A stretch of DNA of 64,000 nt from an uncultured Candidatus Rokubacteria bacterium. Its GTDB lineage: Bacteria; Methylomirabilota; Methylomirabilia; Rokubacteriales; CSP1-6. The stretch is taken from positions 480,001 through 544,000 of the forward strand of contig CAVVEU010000024.1 in the NCBI GenBank assembly GCA_963747235.1, in the 5' to 3' direction. Positions 53,423 through 64,000 of this stretch are shown here, piece after piece. The position numbers were made by a program, and so were the translations under genes. Every line of letters begins with the position of its first letter. Position 1 is the stretch's first letter. Below the pieces are notes generated by a model. It had not been told where the DNA came from, ran no database searches, and saw nothing but the letters and a program-made list of their open reading frames with translations.

Positions 53423-53885
53423 CTACCGCCCGCGCCGGTCCGCCACGTCCCGACGCAGCTCGCGCCGATCCTGGCGCAGGTCGCGCACGTCGTGCCGCCG
53501 GTCCTGCCGGTCCTTGCGGAGCTCGCGCCGATCCTGCCACCGGTCCCGGACATCGTCGCGGAGCTCGCGCCGGTCGCCCCGCAGCTCCTGCCGGGCCTGG
53601 CGCACCGCCTGCGGGTCGCCCGATCGAGTACGCGTCGCGCAGCTCCCGCCGGTCGCCGCGCAGCTCGCGTCGATCGTGGTGGATCTCGCGGGTATCACCG
53701 CGCAGCTCGCGCCGGTCCTCGCGGATCTCCCGGCTGTCCTGGCGGATCTCCCGGCGGTCGCGGCGCAGCTCCTGGACATCGTTGCGGATCTCCTGCGCGG
53801 AGGCCACCGTGCCGAGCAGCCCCATCGTCAGGCCCGCGGCCGTCACCGCGAGGGCCCGTCCCATCCACCGAGAATGCCTACTCAT
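53423..53885 (-). CDS. Secreted highly charged heptad-repeat (DRRELRx) protein (1-nt indel ~53627)
   Basis: Signal peptide ending 'VASAQ', then more than ten 7-aa repeats (DRREIRQ/DRRELRG/DRRELRK). SD AGGAGG upstream. Confidence 0.8.
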
Positions 53886-53953
53886 CGATCTATCCTCCTG
53901 GTTTCACAGGGATTTCCTGAATCGAGCCCCGGCGTGCCGCCTTCACTAGATGA

Positions 53954-53980
53954 GACGCGGAGGGGCAAGCGCCTGTTTAC
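53954..53980 (-). promoter_or_regulatory. ECF-type promoter (GTAAAC-N17-CGTC) heading the repeat-protein/ECF operon
   Basis: AAAC -35 and CGTC -10 are the classic ECF (SigW/SigM-type) elements. Located just upstream of the operon, suggesting autoregulation. Confidence 0.6.
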
Positions 53981-54029
53981 GCCAGCAATTGTCTTGGTAA
54001 TCCGGGGGATGTTTCTCTAGGCTCTGGGT

Positions 54030-54263
54030 ATGCGACTCGGGATCGGCGTCCTGGCCCTGCTGGTGGCCGCGGCGGTGCCCGCGGTGCTCTTCGCGGGCGC
54101 GACGACGACCCTGCGTGGGCTCGGCTGGCTCGTCGTGGTGGCGGTGGGCGCGGTCCTGCTCATCGACCTCAGCGACCGGCTCACCGAATGGGTCGAGCGG
54201 CGCCGGTGGGGCCGGCTCGCCCGGCTCCGCCTGGACCGCTACCCTTCCGACGACACGCCCTGA
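54030..54263 (+). CDS. Small two-TM hypothetical membrane protein
   Basis: 77-aa ORF with two hydrophobic helices. TAGGCT -10 at 54018-54023 lies 6 nt before the ATG. Confidence 0.55.
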   Translation: MRLGIGVLALLVAAAVPAVLFAGATTTLRGLGWLVVVAVGAVLLIDLSDRLTEWVERRRWGRLARLRLDRYPSDDTP

Positions 54264-55241
54264 GACGCCGCGCGCGCCGCGTCGGTCAGGCTGACGTGCT
54301 CCAGCAGCAGGCACACCAGTCCGACCGCGGTGATCGGGAAGAACTGCGAGGCGTGCAGCAGTAGTGAGAAGGAGAGGGCCTCGGCGCGCGGCACCGCGAA
54401 GAGCGCCAGCGCCAGCACCGTCGCGATCTGGACGACCCCCACGAATCCGGGACTCGACGGCAGGCTCACCCCGAGCCCGAGGAAGGCCAGCACGACCCAC
54501 GAGGCCACCAGCGGGAGATCCAGGTGGGCGGCGTGCATCGCGGTCCACACCGACAGCGCGAGGAACAACCAGATCGCCACCGAGCTCGACGGCGAGCGGG
54601 ATCGCGTGGTGGGGCGCCCGAATGCCGCGGAGCCCCTCGGTCATCGTCCCGAGCAGCGCAATCAGTCGCCGCTCGAGCCACCCGATCCGGTGGAAGATCG
54701 TCTCGATCAGCACCCGGCATACCCCGGGCGCGACGGCGATCATCACCAGCACCAGCAGCGCCGCCAGGTCCAAGGCCAGGAAGACCGCGATGGACCAGCG
54801 CATCTCGGCCGACACCGGGACCACGAGCAGCAGGCCGGCCACGATCAGCCCCAGCGCCAGGCCGTCCAGCACGCGCTCCACCACGACCGTGGCGAAGGCG
54901 GTCCAGAACCGCGGGCCGTGCCGGGAGGCGACGTAGACCCGTACCACCTCGCCGGCGCGGAGCGGCAGCAGGTTGTTGCCCATGTAGCCGATGAGCAGCG
55001 ACCGGAACAGATGGGTCGGGCGCGGCTCCGGGCCCGGTGGGAAGAGATAGAACCAGCGCCAGGCCCGGGCCCACATCGAGACGAAGTTGCCCGCGATACT
55101 GAGCGCAACGAACGTCCAGAGGGTCCCGCGCAGCCGCCCGGCGATGTCGCCGAGATCCACGGCCCAGAAGGAGTAGACGAGAAGGCCTGCGCTCACCGCC
55201 AGGCCCAGGAGGATCTGCGCCAGCCGGCGCGGCGACGGCAT
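54239..55241 (-). CDS. Lysylphosphatidylglycerol synthase TM / flippase-like (UPF0104) protein (indel ~54590)
   Basis: 'RAWRW', 'IGYMGNNLLPLRAGEVVR', 'VVERVLDG', 'LPSSPGFVG'. Confidence 0.87.
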
Positions 55242-55275
55242 GTGGGGGCGGCTCAGAGCCCCCGCGCGCCGGCGG

Positions 55276-56574
55276 TCATGCCTCCACCCGGATCATCGTG
55301 GTGCGCCCGGCCACCACCGGCAGCTTGTCGATGGCGGCGAGCGCGGCGCGCATGTCCCGCTCCCGCGCCTCGTGCGTCATCATGACCACCGGCACCGCCT
55401 CCGTGCGCGCGCGCTCCTTCTGGAGCACCGAGACGAGGGAGATGTCGTGCCGCCCGAGGATGCCCGCCACCTGGGCGAGCACGCCGGGCTGGTCCAGGGC
55501 CATCACGCGCAGGTAGTAGGCCGAGCGGATGTCGTCCATGGGCCGGAGCGGCAGGGGGTTGCGCCCGACGGACGGGAGATCGATGTCGAGCGCCGGGATG
55601 CCGTGGGCGACCCGCCGCGCGATCTCGAGCGCGTCGGACCAGACCGCGGAGGCGGTCGGGAGCTGGCCGGCCCCGCGGCCGTAGAACATGAGGTTGCCCA
55701 CGTTGTCGCCGGTCATGAATACAGCATTGAAGACGCCGGAGACCGCCGCCATGGGCGACCCGGCCGGGATCATCGTGGGGTGCACGCGGGCTTCCAGGCC
55801 GCCGTCCGAGGCCTTGGCGATCGCGAGCAGCTTGATGCGGTAGCCGAGCTCGGTGGCGTTGACCACGTCCTGCTGGGTCACCGCGGTGATGCCCTCGGTG
55901 TAGATGTCCTTGAGATCCACCGTGGTGCGGAAGGCCAGGGTGGCCAGGATCTGCAGCTTGTGGGCGGAGTCCATGCCCTCGATGTCGAGCGTGGGATCGG
56001 ACTCCGCGTAGCCGTGGGCCTGCGCTTCCTTCAGGACCTCGCCGAAGTCCCGCCCCTCGTCGGTCATCTTGGACAGGATGTAGTTGCAGGTGCCGTTGAC
56101 GATGCCGAAGGTGGACAGGATCCGGTTCGCGGGTAGCCCGTCCTTGACCGCGCGGATGAGGGGGATGCCGCCCGCCACCGCCGCCTCGAAGCCGAGCATC
56201 ACCCCGCGGCGCCGCGCTTCCTCGAACAGCTCGGTCCCGTGATGGGCGAGCAGCGCCTTGTTGGCGGTGACCACGTGCTTGCCCGCCGCGAGGGCCCGGA
56301 GGATGAAGGTGCGCGCGGGCTCGAGCCCGCCGATCAGCTCGATGACGATCTGCACCGAGGGGTCGTCGATGGCCTGGTTGGCGTCGCTGCCCAGGGGCAG
56401 GCGGGCCAGGTCGATGCCGTCGCGCGGCCGCGTGAGGTCGGCGTCCACGACGCGCCCGAGGGCGAGCCGGCAGCCGGCGCGCTCGGCCATCTCGGCGCCA
56501 TGGCTCTGGAGCACCTTGACCACGCCGCAGCCGACGGTGCCCAGGCCCAGGAGGGCGATCTTGATCTCGTTCAG
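55276..56574 (-). CDS. hom: Homoserine dehydrogenase (apparent CTG start)
   Basis: Rossmann 'IKIALLGLGTVGCGV' lies upstream of the first GTG. 'VVTANKA', 'FEAAVAGGIP', 'GIVNGTCNYIL', 'GYAE.DPT.DIEG.D..HK', ACT domain. Confidence 0.95.
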   Translation of the reverse strand: MNEIKIALLGLGTVGCGVVKVLQSHGAEMAERAGCRLALGRVVDADLTRPRDGIDLARLPLGSDANQAIDDPSVQIVIELIGGLEPARTFILRALAAGKHVVTANKALLAHHGTELFEEARRRGVMLGFEAAVAGGIPLIRAVKDGLPANRILSTFGIVNGTCNYILSKMTDEGRDFGEVLKEAQAHGYAESDPTLDIEGMDSAHKLQILATLAFRTTVDLKDIYTEGITAVTQQDVVNATELGYRIKLLAIAKASDGGLEARVHPTMIPAGSPMAAVSGVFNAVFMTGDNVGNLMFYGRGAGQLPTASAVWSDALEIARRVAHGIPALDIDLPSVGRNPLPLRPMDDIRSAYYLRVMALDQPGVLAQVAGILGRHDISLVSVLQKERARTEAVPVVMMTHEARERDMRAALAAIDKLPVVAGRTTMIRVEA

Positions 56575-56592
56575 GGGGTGCCTCGCCGGGCG

Positions 56593-57765
<1,173 letters not shown>

Positions 57766-57801
57766 AGATCTTCTCCCGGGAGGACTTGGATCAGGAGTTC
57801 G

Positions 57802-57831
57802 ATCATACTGTGGCGTGCTCAGGAGTGTCAA
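57802..57831 (-). promoter_or_regulatory. Sigma70 promoter TTGACA-N18-TATGAT for the aminotransferase-hom operon
   Basis: Perfect -35 and near-perfect -10 on the minus strand. Confidence 0.65.
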
Positions 57832-57887
57832 CAAAGGCGCGGAGATAGCGCGCACCTCGGAGGCGCGCTCGCGGCGCGGCCGGGGGG

Positions 57888-57917
57888 TTGACACCCCTTG
57901 AATTGGCGTGCTAGAAG
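57888..57917 (+). promoter_or_regulatory. Divergent sigma70 promoter TTGACA-N18-(TGc)TAGAAG for the bactofilin-M23 operon
   Basis: Perfect -35, extended but imperfect -10. Confidence 0.5.
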
Positions 57918-58067
57918 AAACCCTACCGGGCGAAACTGTAACCAGTACCCACCCTTCCAACGGGTTCCGTAGTCGCCAGCGTGTTCCGTAGTCGATGAAG
58001 TCGAGGCCCCGAGGGGCCGCCAGGACCCGGTAGGACGAGGCAGTCCAGCGAGCGAGGGACGAGTCTT

Positions 58068-58487
58068 ATGTTCAGGCGAAGGGGCAAGGCGCCGCGGCGA
58101 AGCGAGCTGACCGCCTTCATCGACGAAGGATCGGAGATCGAAGGCCGCTATACGTTCCGGGGTACCGTCATGCTCAACGGCAAGTTCAAGGGCGAGATCA
58201 GCTCCAACGACACCCTCATCATCGGGGAGCGCGCCGTCCTCCATGCCGACGTCCGGGCCGGGCGCCTGGTGGTGAACGGGGAAGTCACCGGCAACCTGAG
58301 CGCCATGGAGCGGATCGAGCTGAAGCGGACGGCCCGGGTGTACGGCGACGTGGAGGCCCCCGTGGTGGTGCTGGAGGAGGGGGTCCTGTTCGAGGGGCAC
58401 TGCCGGATGGCCAAGCCGAGCGCGGTGGCGGAGGTCCCGCCGCGGGACCTGGCGCGGGATCTCTCGGTGGTCCCGCTCAAGCGCTGA
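58068..58487 (+). CDS. Bactofilin (polymer-forming cytoskeletal protein)
   Basis: 'AFIDEGSEIEG...VMLNGKFKGEI...LIIGE...VVNGEVTGNL.A..RIEL...ARVYGDV.....LEEGVLFEG.C.M'. Confidence 0.93.
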   Translation: MFRRRGKAPRRSELTAFIDEGSEIEGRYTFRGTVMLNGKFKGEISSNDTLIIGERAVLHADVRAGRLVVNGEVTGNLSAMERIELKRTARVYGDVEAPVVVLEEGVLFEGHCRMAKPSAVAEVPPRDLARDLSVVPLKR

Positions 58488-58498
58488 CCCGCAAACGT

Positions 58499-59407
58499 AT
58501 GCCCAAGCCCAAACAGTTCAACCTGCTGATGGTCCGGGACGACGGCAGCCGCGTCCTGCGGCTCTCGGTGCCGGGCTGGGCGGTGGGCGTCGCGGTCGGC
58601 GGGCTGGCCGTCACGATCCTGGGGCTCGCCTTCATCTATCCGGACTACGTCTCGCTCCGTCACCAGCGCGGCACCTTCGCGGCGCTGAGCGAGCGCCTGC
58701 ACATCCAGCAGGGGTTGCTCGACGCCTCCCAGTCGCGGCTGCGCGAGATCCGCGGGGAGATCGATAGCTGGCGGGATCTGCACGCCAAGATCTGGGAGCC
58801 CTTCGGGCCCGAGGCCGCCCCGGTCAAGCGCGGCACCGGCATTGGCGGGAAGACCGCGGTGGAGCCCGACCGGGCGCCGCCGGTCAAGGAGGAGATGGAT
58901 CGCCTGCTCGGGACCGTCCGGGAGGAGGGCGAGTCCATCCGGACGCTCGAGCGCTTCCTGGGCCGCGCCAGCCGGGTCCTCGCCTCGCTGCCATCGCGGT
59001 GGCCGGTGCGCGGGCCCGTGAACTCCGACTTCGGCCAGCGGCGCTCGCCGTGGGCGCCCAACTCGGAGTTCCACAGCGGCATCGACATCGGGGCCCCGAT
59101 CGGGACGTCGGTGCGGGCGCCGGCCCCGGGCGTGGTGATCTTCGCGGGCCAGCACGCCGAGTACGGCGTCACCCTCATCATCGATCACGGCAACGAGACC
59201 CGGTCCCTCTACGGCCACCTGTCCCGGCTCAACGTGGCCATGGATCAGGTCATCAGGCGGGGCGACACGGTGGCGATGACGGGCAACACCGGCCGGTCCT
59301 CCGGTCCGCATCTGCACTACGAGATCCAGGTCAAGGGCCAGCCGGTGAACCCCCACAGCTACATCTGGGAGGAGTCGGCCCCGGCCGTCGCCCGGTCCGC
59401 CCGCTGA
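58499..59407 (+). CDS. Membrane-anchored M23 family peptidoglycan endopeptidase
   Basis: N-terminal TM and coiled coil, 'HSGIDIG' (HxxxD), 'YGHLS', 'GNTGRSSGPHLHYEI' (HxH). Confidence 0.93.
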   Translation: MPKPKQFNLLMVRDDGSRVLRLSVPGWAVGVAVGGLAVTILGLAFIYPDYVSLRHQRGTFAALSERLHIQQGLLDASQSRLREIRGEIDSWRDLHAKIWEPFGPEAAPVKRGTGIGGKTAVEPDRAPPVKEEMDRLLGTVREEGESIRTLERFLGRASRVLASLPSRWPVRGPVNSDFGQRRSPWAPNSEFHSGIDIGAPIGTSVRAPAPGVVIFAGQHAEYGVTLIIDHGNETRSLYGHLSRLNVAMDQVIRRGDTVAMTGNTGRSSGPHLHYEIQVKGQPVNPHSYIWEESAPAVARSAR

Positions 59408-59425
59408 GGGCGGGCCCGCGGGCCG

Positions 59426-60238
59426 TCAGGCCCCGCGGTGTTTCTCGAGGAACTCCAGGTTGGTCGCGGTGAACCGATCCGCCTGCTCGATGAAGTGCAG
59501 GTGGCCCGCGTCCTCCATCGCGACCAGCTCCGAGCCGGGGATGCGCGCGTGCAGGTCCCGCGAGGAGATCGGCGGAACCAGGATGTCCTCGGTGCCGGTG
59601 GTGATCAGGGTCGGCACGCCGATCTCGCCGAGCCGCGCGGCGGTGTCGTGGCCCCGGATCGCGTCGGCCTGGCGTGAGAGGCCCTCGAGCCCGATCGGGT
59701 AGGGGTAGGCCAGCGCCCGCTCGATCCAGAAGCGGATGAACTCGGGCCGCTCGATCATGGTCTTGCGGCAGAGCACCCACGGCATCACCGCCCGCACGTA
59801 CTCCTCCCGGTCGCCCCGCGCCTTCACCGCGATGAGGGTGTCGATCAGGAAGCGGCCGTACGTGTCGATGCCCGCGGTCGTGCAGTGCAGGCCGAGCGTG
59901 CGCACGCGGTCCGGATGGCGCAGGGCCAGCTCCTGCGCGATCATGCCGCCCATCGAGGCGCCGCAGATGTGGGCGCGGCGGATCCCGAGCGCGTCCATCA
60001 TCCCGGCCACGTCCGCGGCCATCCCGGCGATCGTGTAGGGCGCGTCCGGCACGTCGCTCTGGCCGGCGCCCCGGTTGTCGAGCGCGATCACGCGATGCTC
60101 GGCCGCGAAGGCCGGCGCCTGCAGCGCCCACGCGGTGTGGTCTCCGCCCCAGCCCATGATGAGCACCAGCGGCGGCGCGTCGGGCGCGCCGGTCTCCTGG
60201 TAGAAGAGGCGGACGCCGTTGGCCTGGGCGTGGGGCAC
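59426..60238 (-). CDS. Alpha/beta hydrolase (enol-lactonase-like)
   Basis: 'LDNRGAGQS', nucleophile elbow 'GASMGG', 'GTEDIL', 'AGH'. Confidence 0.88.
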   Translation of the reverse strand: MPHAQANGVRLFYQETGAPDAPPLVLIMGWGGDHTAWALQAPAFAAEHRVIALDNRGAGQSDVPDAPYTIAGMAADVAGMMDALGIRRAHICGASMGGMIAQELALRHPDRVRTLGLHCTTAGIDTYGRFLIDTLIAVKARGDREEYVRAVMPWVLCRKTMIERPEFIRFWIERALAYPYPIGLEGLSRQADAIRGHDTAARLGEIGVPTLITTGTEDILVPPISSRDLHARIPGSELVAMEDAGHLHFIEQADRFTATNLEFLEKHRGA

Positions 60239-60243
60239 GGGGC

Positions 60244-61140
60244 TCAGGACACGACGGCGGCGAGCAGCTCGTCGAGCTCGGTCTGCGTGGCCGCGTCGAG
60301 CACGGGCGCGGGCGGTCGCACCAGCGCGCAGGCGATCCAGCCACGGCGGCGCAGGATCTCCTTGCGGATGCCCACCGCGGTGCCGGGCGTGGCGCCGGGC
60401 TGCGTCTCGTAGCGGATCAAGGGCAGCCAGCGGTAGAAGAGGGCGCGCGCCTCGTCGCGCCGGCCCGCCACGAAGTGGTCGCGGATGGCGCGGAGGGCCT
60501 CCGGGTACGGGAAGCCGGTCATGGCCCCGTCGGCGCCGCGGGAGAGCTCCTCGAAGAAGTAGACGCCGCCGAGGCCGCCGAAGATCGCCACCCGGTCGCC
60601 GAAGAGCGCGCGCAGGCGCGTGATCTTGGGCAGCGTCGGGGGCTCCTCCAGCTTGACCGCCTGGATCTGCGCGATCTCGGCGCACACCTGGGCGATGAAG
60701 GGCGCCGGCATGTTCACCTGCGTGGTGACCGGCTCGTCCTGCAGCACGATCGGCAGCCCGGTGGCGGCGGCGACTACGCGATAGTACTCCGCCACCGCGT
60801 CGAGGTTCTTGAGCCCGGCGGGCGGCGCCACCATCAGCGCGTCGGCGCCGTGCTCGCGCGCCATGCGGGCGAACGCGGTGGCCAGGTGCGTGCCGGACGC
60901 CGAGACGCCCACCGCGACGGGCACCCGGCCGCGGGTCTCCTTGACCACCGTCTCCACCACGCGACGGCGCTCCTCGTCGGTGAGCCGGTGGGCCTCGCCC
61001 GCGATGCCGAGGATCGTGAGGCCGTTCACCCCGGTGGCGAGCGCGGACTCGATCAGGCGGGGGAGGCCCGCGACGTCGAGCGCGCCGTCCTCGCGGAACG
61101 GGGTGGCCAAGATGTGGAACACACCGGACCACGCAATCAA
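60244..61140 (-). CDS. DapA/NAL-family class I aldolase (not a true DHDPS)
   Basis: 'LATPF', 'LGIAGEA..LT..ER', 'GADALMVAPP', 'AVKLEE'. Confidence 0.85.
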   Translation of the reverse strand: MIAWSGVFHILATPFREDGALDVAGLPRLIESALATGVNGLTILGIAGEAHRLTDEERRRVVETVVKETRGRVPVAVGVSASGTHLATAFARMAREHGADALMVAPPAGLKNLDAVAEYYRVVAAATGLPIVLQDEPVTTQVNMPAPFIAQVCAEIAQIQAVKLEEPPTLPKITRLRALFGDRVAIFGGLGGVYFFEELSRGADGAMTGFPYPEALRAIRDHFVAGRRDEARALFYRWLPLIRYETQPGATPGTAVGIRKEILRRRGWIACALVRPPAPVLDAATQTELDELLAAVVS

Positions 61141-61152
61141 CCCTGACCCCTC

Positions 61153-61201
61153 TTCATATCCGCTCGCCTCGCCTTCGGCTGCGGCTCGCCAGACTCGAAC
61201 T
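61153..61201. repeat. Candidate short REP-like structured intergenic element
   Basis: 'ttcatatccgctcgcctcgccttcggctgcggctcgccagactcgaact' has a GCC-TTC-GGC mini-hairpin flanked by direct gctcgcc units. Only one copy in the window. Confidence 0.3.
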
Positions 61202-61241
61202 CCCTGCTCCTCCCGCTACATCCTCACGGACGCCGCTGCCG

Positions 61242-62216
<975 letters not shown>

Positions 62217-62225
62217 GGCTGCCCT

Positions 62226-63204
<979 letters not shown>

Positions 63205-63234
63205 AGGGTGCGGCCTCCTCTGGGGTGCGGGCGG

Positions 63235-64000
63235 CTACCAGGCCGCCGTGATCTCGCGAACGGCCTCGAGGGCCCGCTCGATGTCGTCGGTGTCGATATC
63301 CTTGTGGGTCACGCAGCGAATGGTGCCGGGACCGGTCTGGTGGATCTTGACCTTGCGGGCCAGGCAGCCGGTGACCAGCTCCGCGGCGCCACCGTCCCGC
63401 TCCACCCGGAAGATGACGATGTTGGTCTGCACGGTCGCCAGGTCCAGCCGCACGCGGGGCAGGCGGCTCACCCCCTCGGCGAGCCGGCGGCAGTTGACGT
63501 GATCCTCGGCGAGCCGGTCCACCATCGAGTCGAGCGCGACGAGCCCGGCCGCGGCCAGCACGCCCACCTGGCGCATGCCGCCGCCCAGCATCTTCCGCAC
63601 CCGCCGGGCCCGCGCCACGAGCTCGCGCGAGCCGCACACCAGCGAGCCCACCGGGGCGCCGAGGCCCTTGGACAGGCAGAAGGTGAGCGAATCGACGGGG
63701 CGCGCGAAGTCGGCGACGGGACGCCCGAGCGCGACCGCCGCGTTGAAGAGCCGCGCACCGTCGAGGTGCACCGGCACGCCGGCGGCGTGGGCCGCGGCGG
63801 CCACCGCCTCGATCTCCTCGGGCGTGCAGCAGGTGCCGCCGTGGCGGTTGTGCGTGTTCTCGACCGCGACCAGCCCGGTCATCGGGATGTGGATGTTGTT
63901 GGGCCGGATGTGCTCGCGCACCTGCTCGGGCGTCAGGAAGCCGCGCGCGGTCTTGACCGGGAAGGTCTGCACGCCGCCGAAGACGGCCGCGCCCGCGCCC
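63235..64000 (-). CDS. ltaE: Low-specificity L-threonine aldolase (5' end beyond window)
   Basis: 'VENTHN..GG', '[10 protein letters not shown]', '[12 protein letters not shown]', '[15 protein letters not shown]'. Confidence 0.92.
   Translation of the reverse strand, partial: GAGAAVFGGVQTFPVKTARGFLTPEQVREHIRPNNIHIPMTGLVAVENTHNRHGGTCCTPEEIEAVAAAAHAAGVPVHLDGARLFNAAVALGRPVADFARPVDSLTFCLSKGLGAPVGSLVCGSRELVARARRVRKMLGGGMRQVGVLAAAGLVALDSMVDRLAEDHVNCRRLAEGVSRLPRVRLDLATVQTNIVIFRVERDGGAAELVTGCLARKVKIHQTGPGTIRCVTHKDIDTDDIERALEAVREITAAW

Noticed and set aside
53430-53800. 21-nt periodic repeats resembling a CRISPR or tandem DNA array
   Set aside because: They are degenerate at synonymous positions, have no spacers and no cas genes, and are explained by the heptad-repeat protein.
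61190-61232. tRNA-like fragments on the minus strand (GGATGTAGCG ... GTTCGAGTC)
   Set aside because: Too short, with no anticodon arm or acceptor stem pairing; not a tRNA.

Overview
A 64-kb piece of a very GC-rich bacterial chromosome with diderm-type envelope genes (O-antigen-ligase-like protein, MltG, lipoproteins). The gene content and style are reminiscent of Ca. Rokubacteria/Methylomirabilota, but that assignment is only an impression. About 25 small indels split otherwise intact genes, including essential ones (dapA, dapB, lysA, argH), which points to an unpolished long-read assembly. Bases 1-31.7 kb are one + strand surface-glycan cluster that begins before the window. It encodes a transaldolase, a reverse-order HldE-like enzyme, a GmhA-type isomerase, three PLP sugar aminotransferases, an orphan TPP E1 alpha/beta pair, a radical SAM/SPASM enzyme with a degenerate NifU-like neighbour, a CBS-nucleotidyltransferase and an NDP-sugar dehydrogenase. 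Six SAM methyltransferases are interleaved with glycosyltransferases, and the cluster ends with WcaJ and an O-antigen ligase-like gene. The rest is mostly housekeeping: dapA-dapB-FAH-dapL-folB-folK-ECF/anti-sigma, lysA, argH, plsC, mltG, comEA-comEC, lysC, hom, bactofilin-M23, oppDF and ltaE. The most notable observations are: (1) a stand-alone, divergent RNA polymerase alpha gene outside the alpha operon, with its own promoter and a 5-aa deletion in the conserved 'R191' loop; (2) a five-gene ECF module built from three different repeat proteins, with an ECF-type promoter; (3) a likely higher-carbon/branched amino-sugar pathway with uncharacterised partners; (4) repeated signatures of leaderless transcription and ATC/CTG start codons. 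No rRNA, tRNA, CRISPR array or transposase was found.
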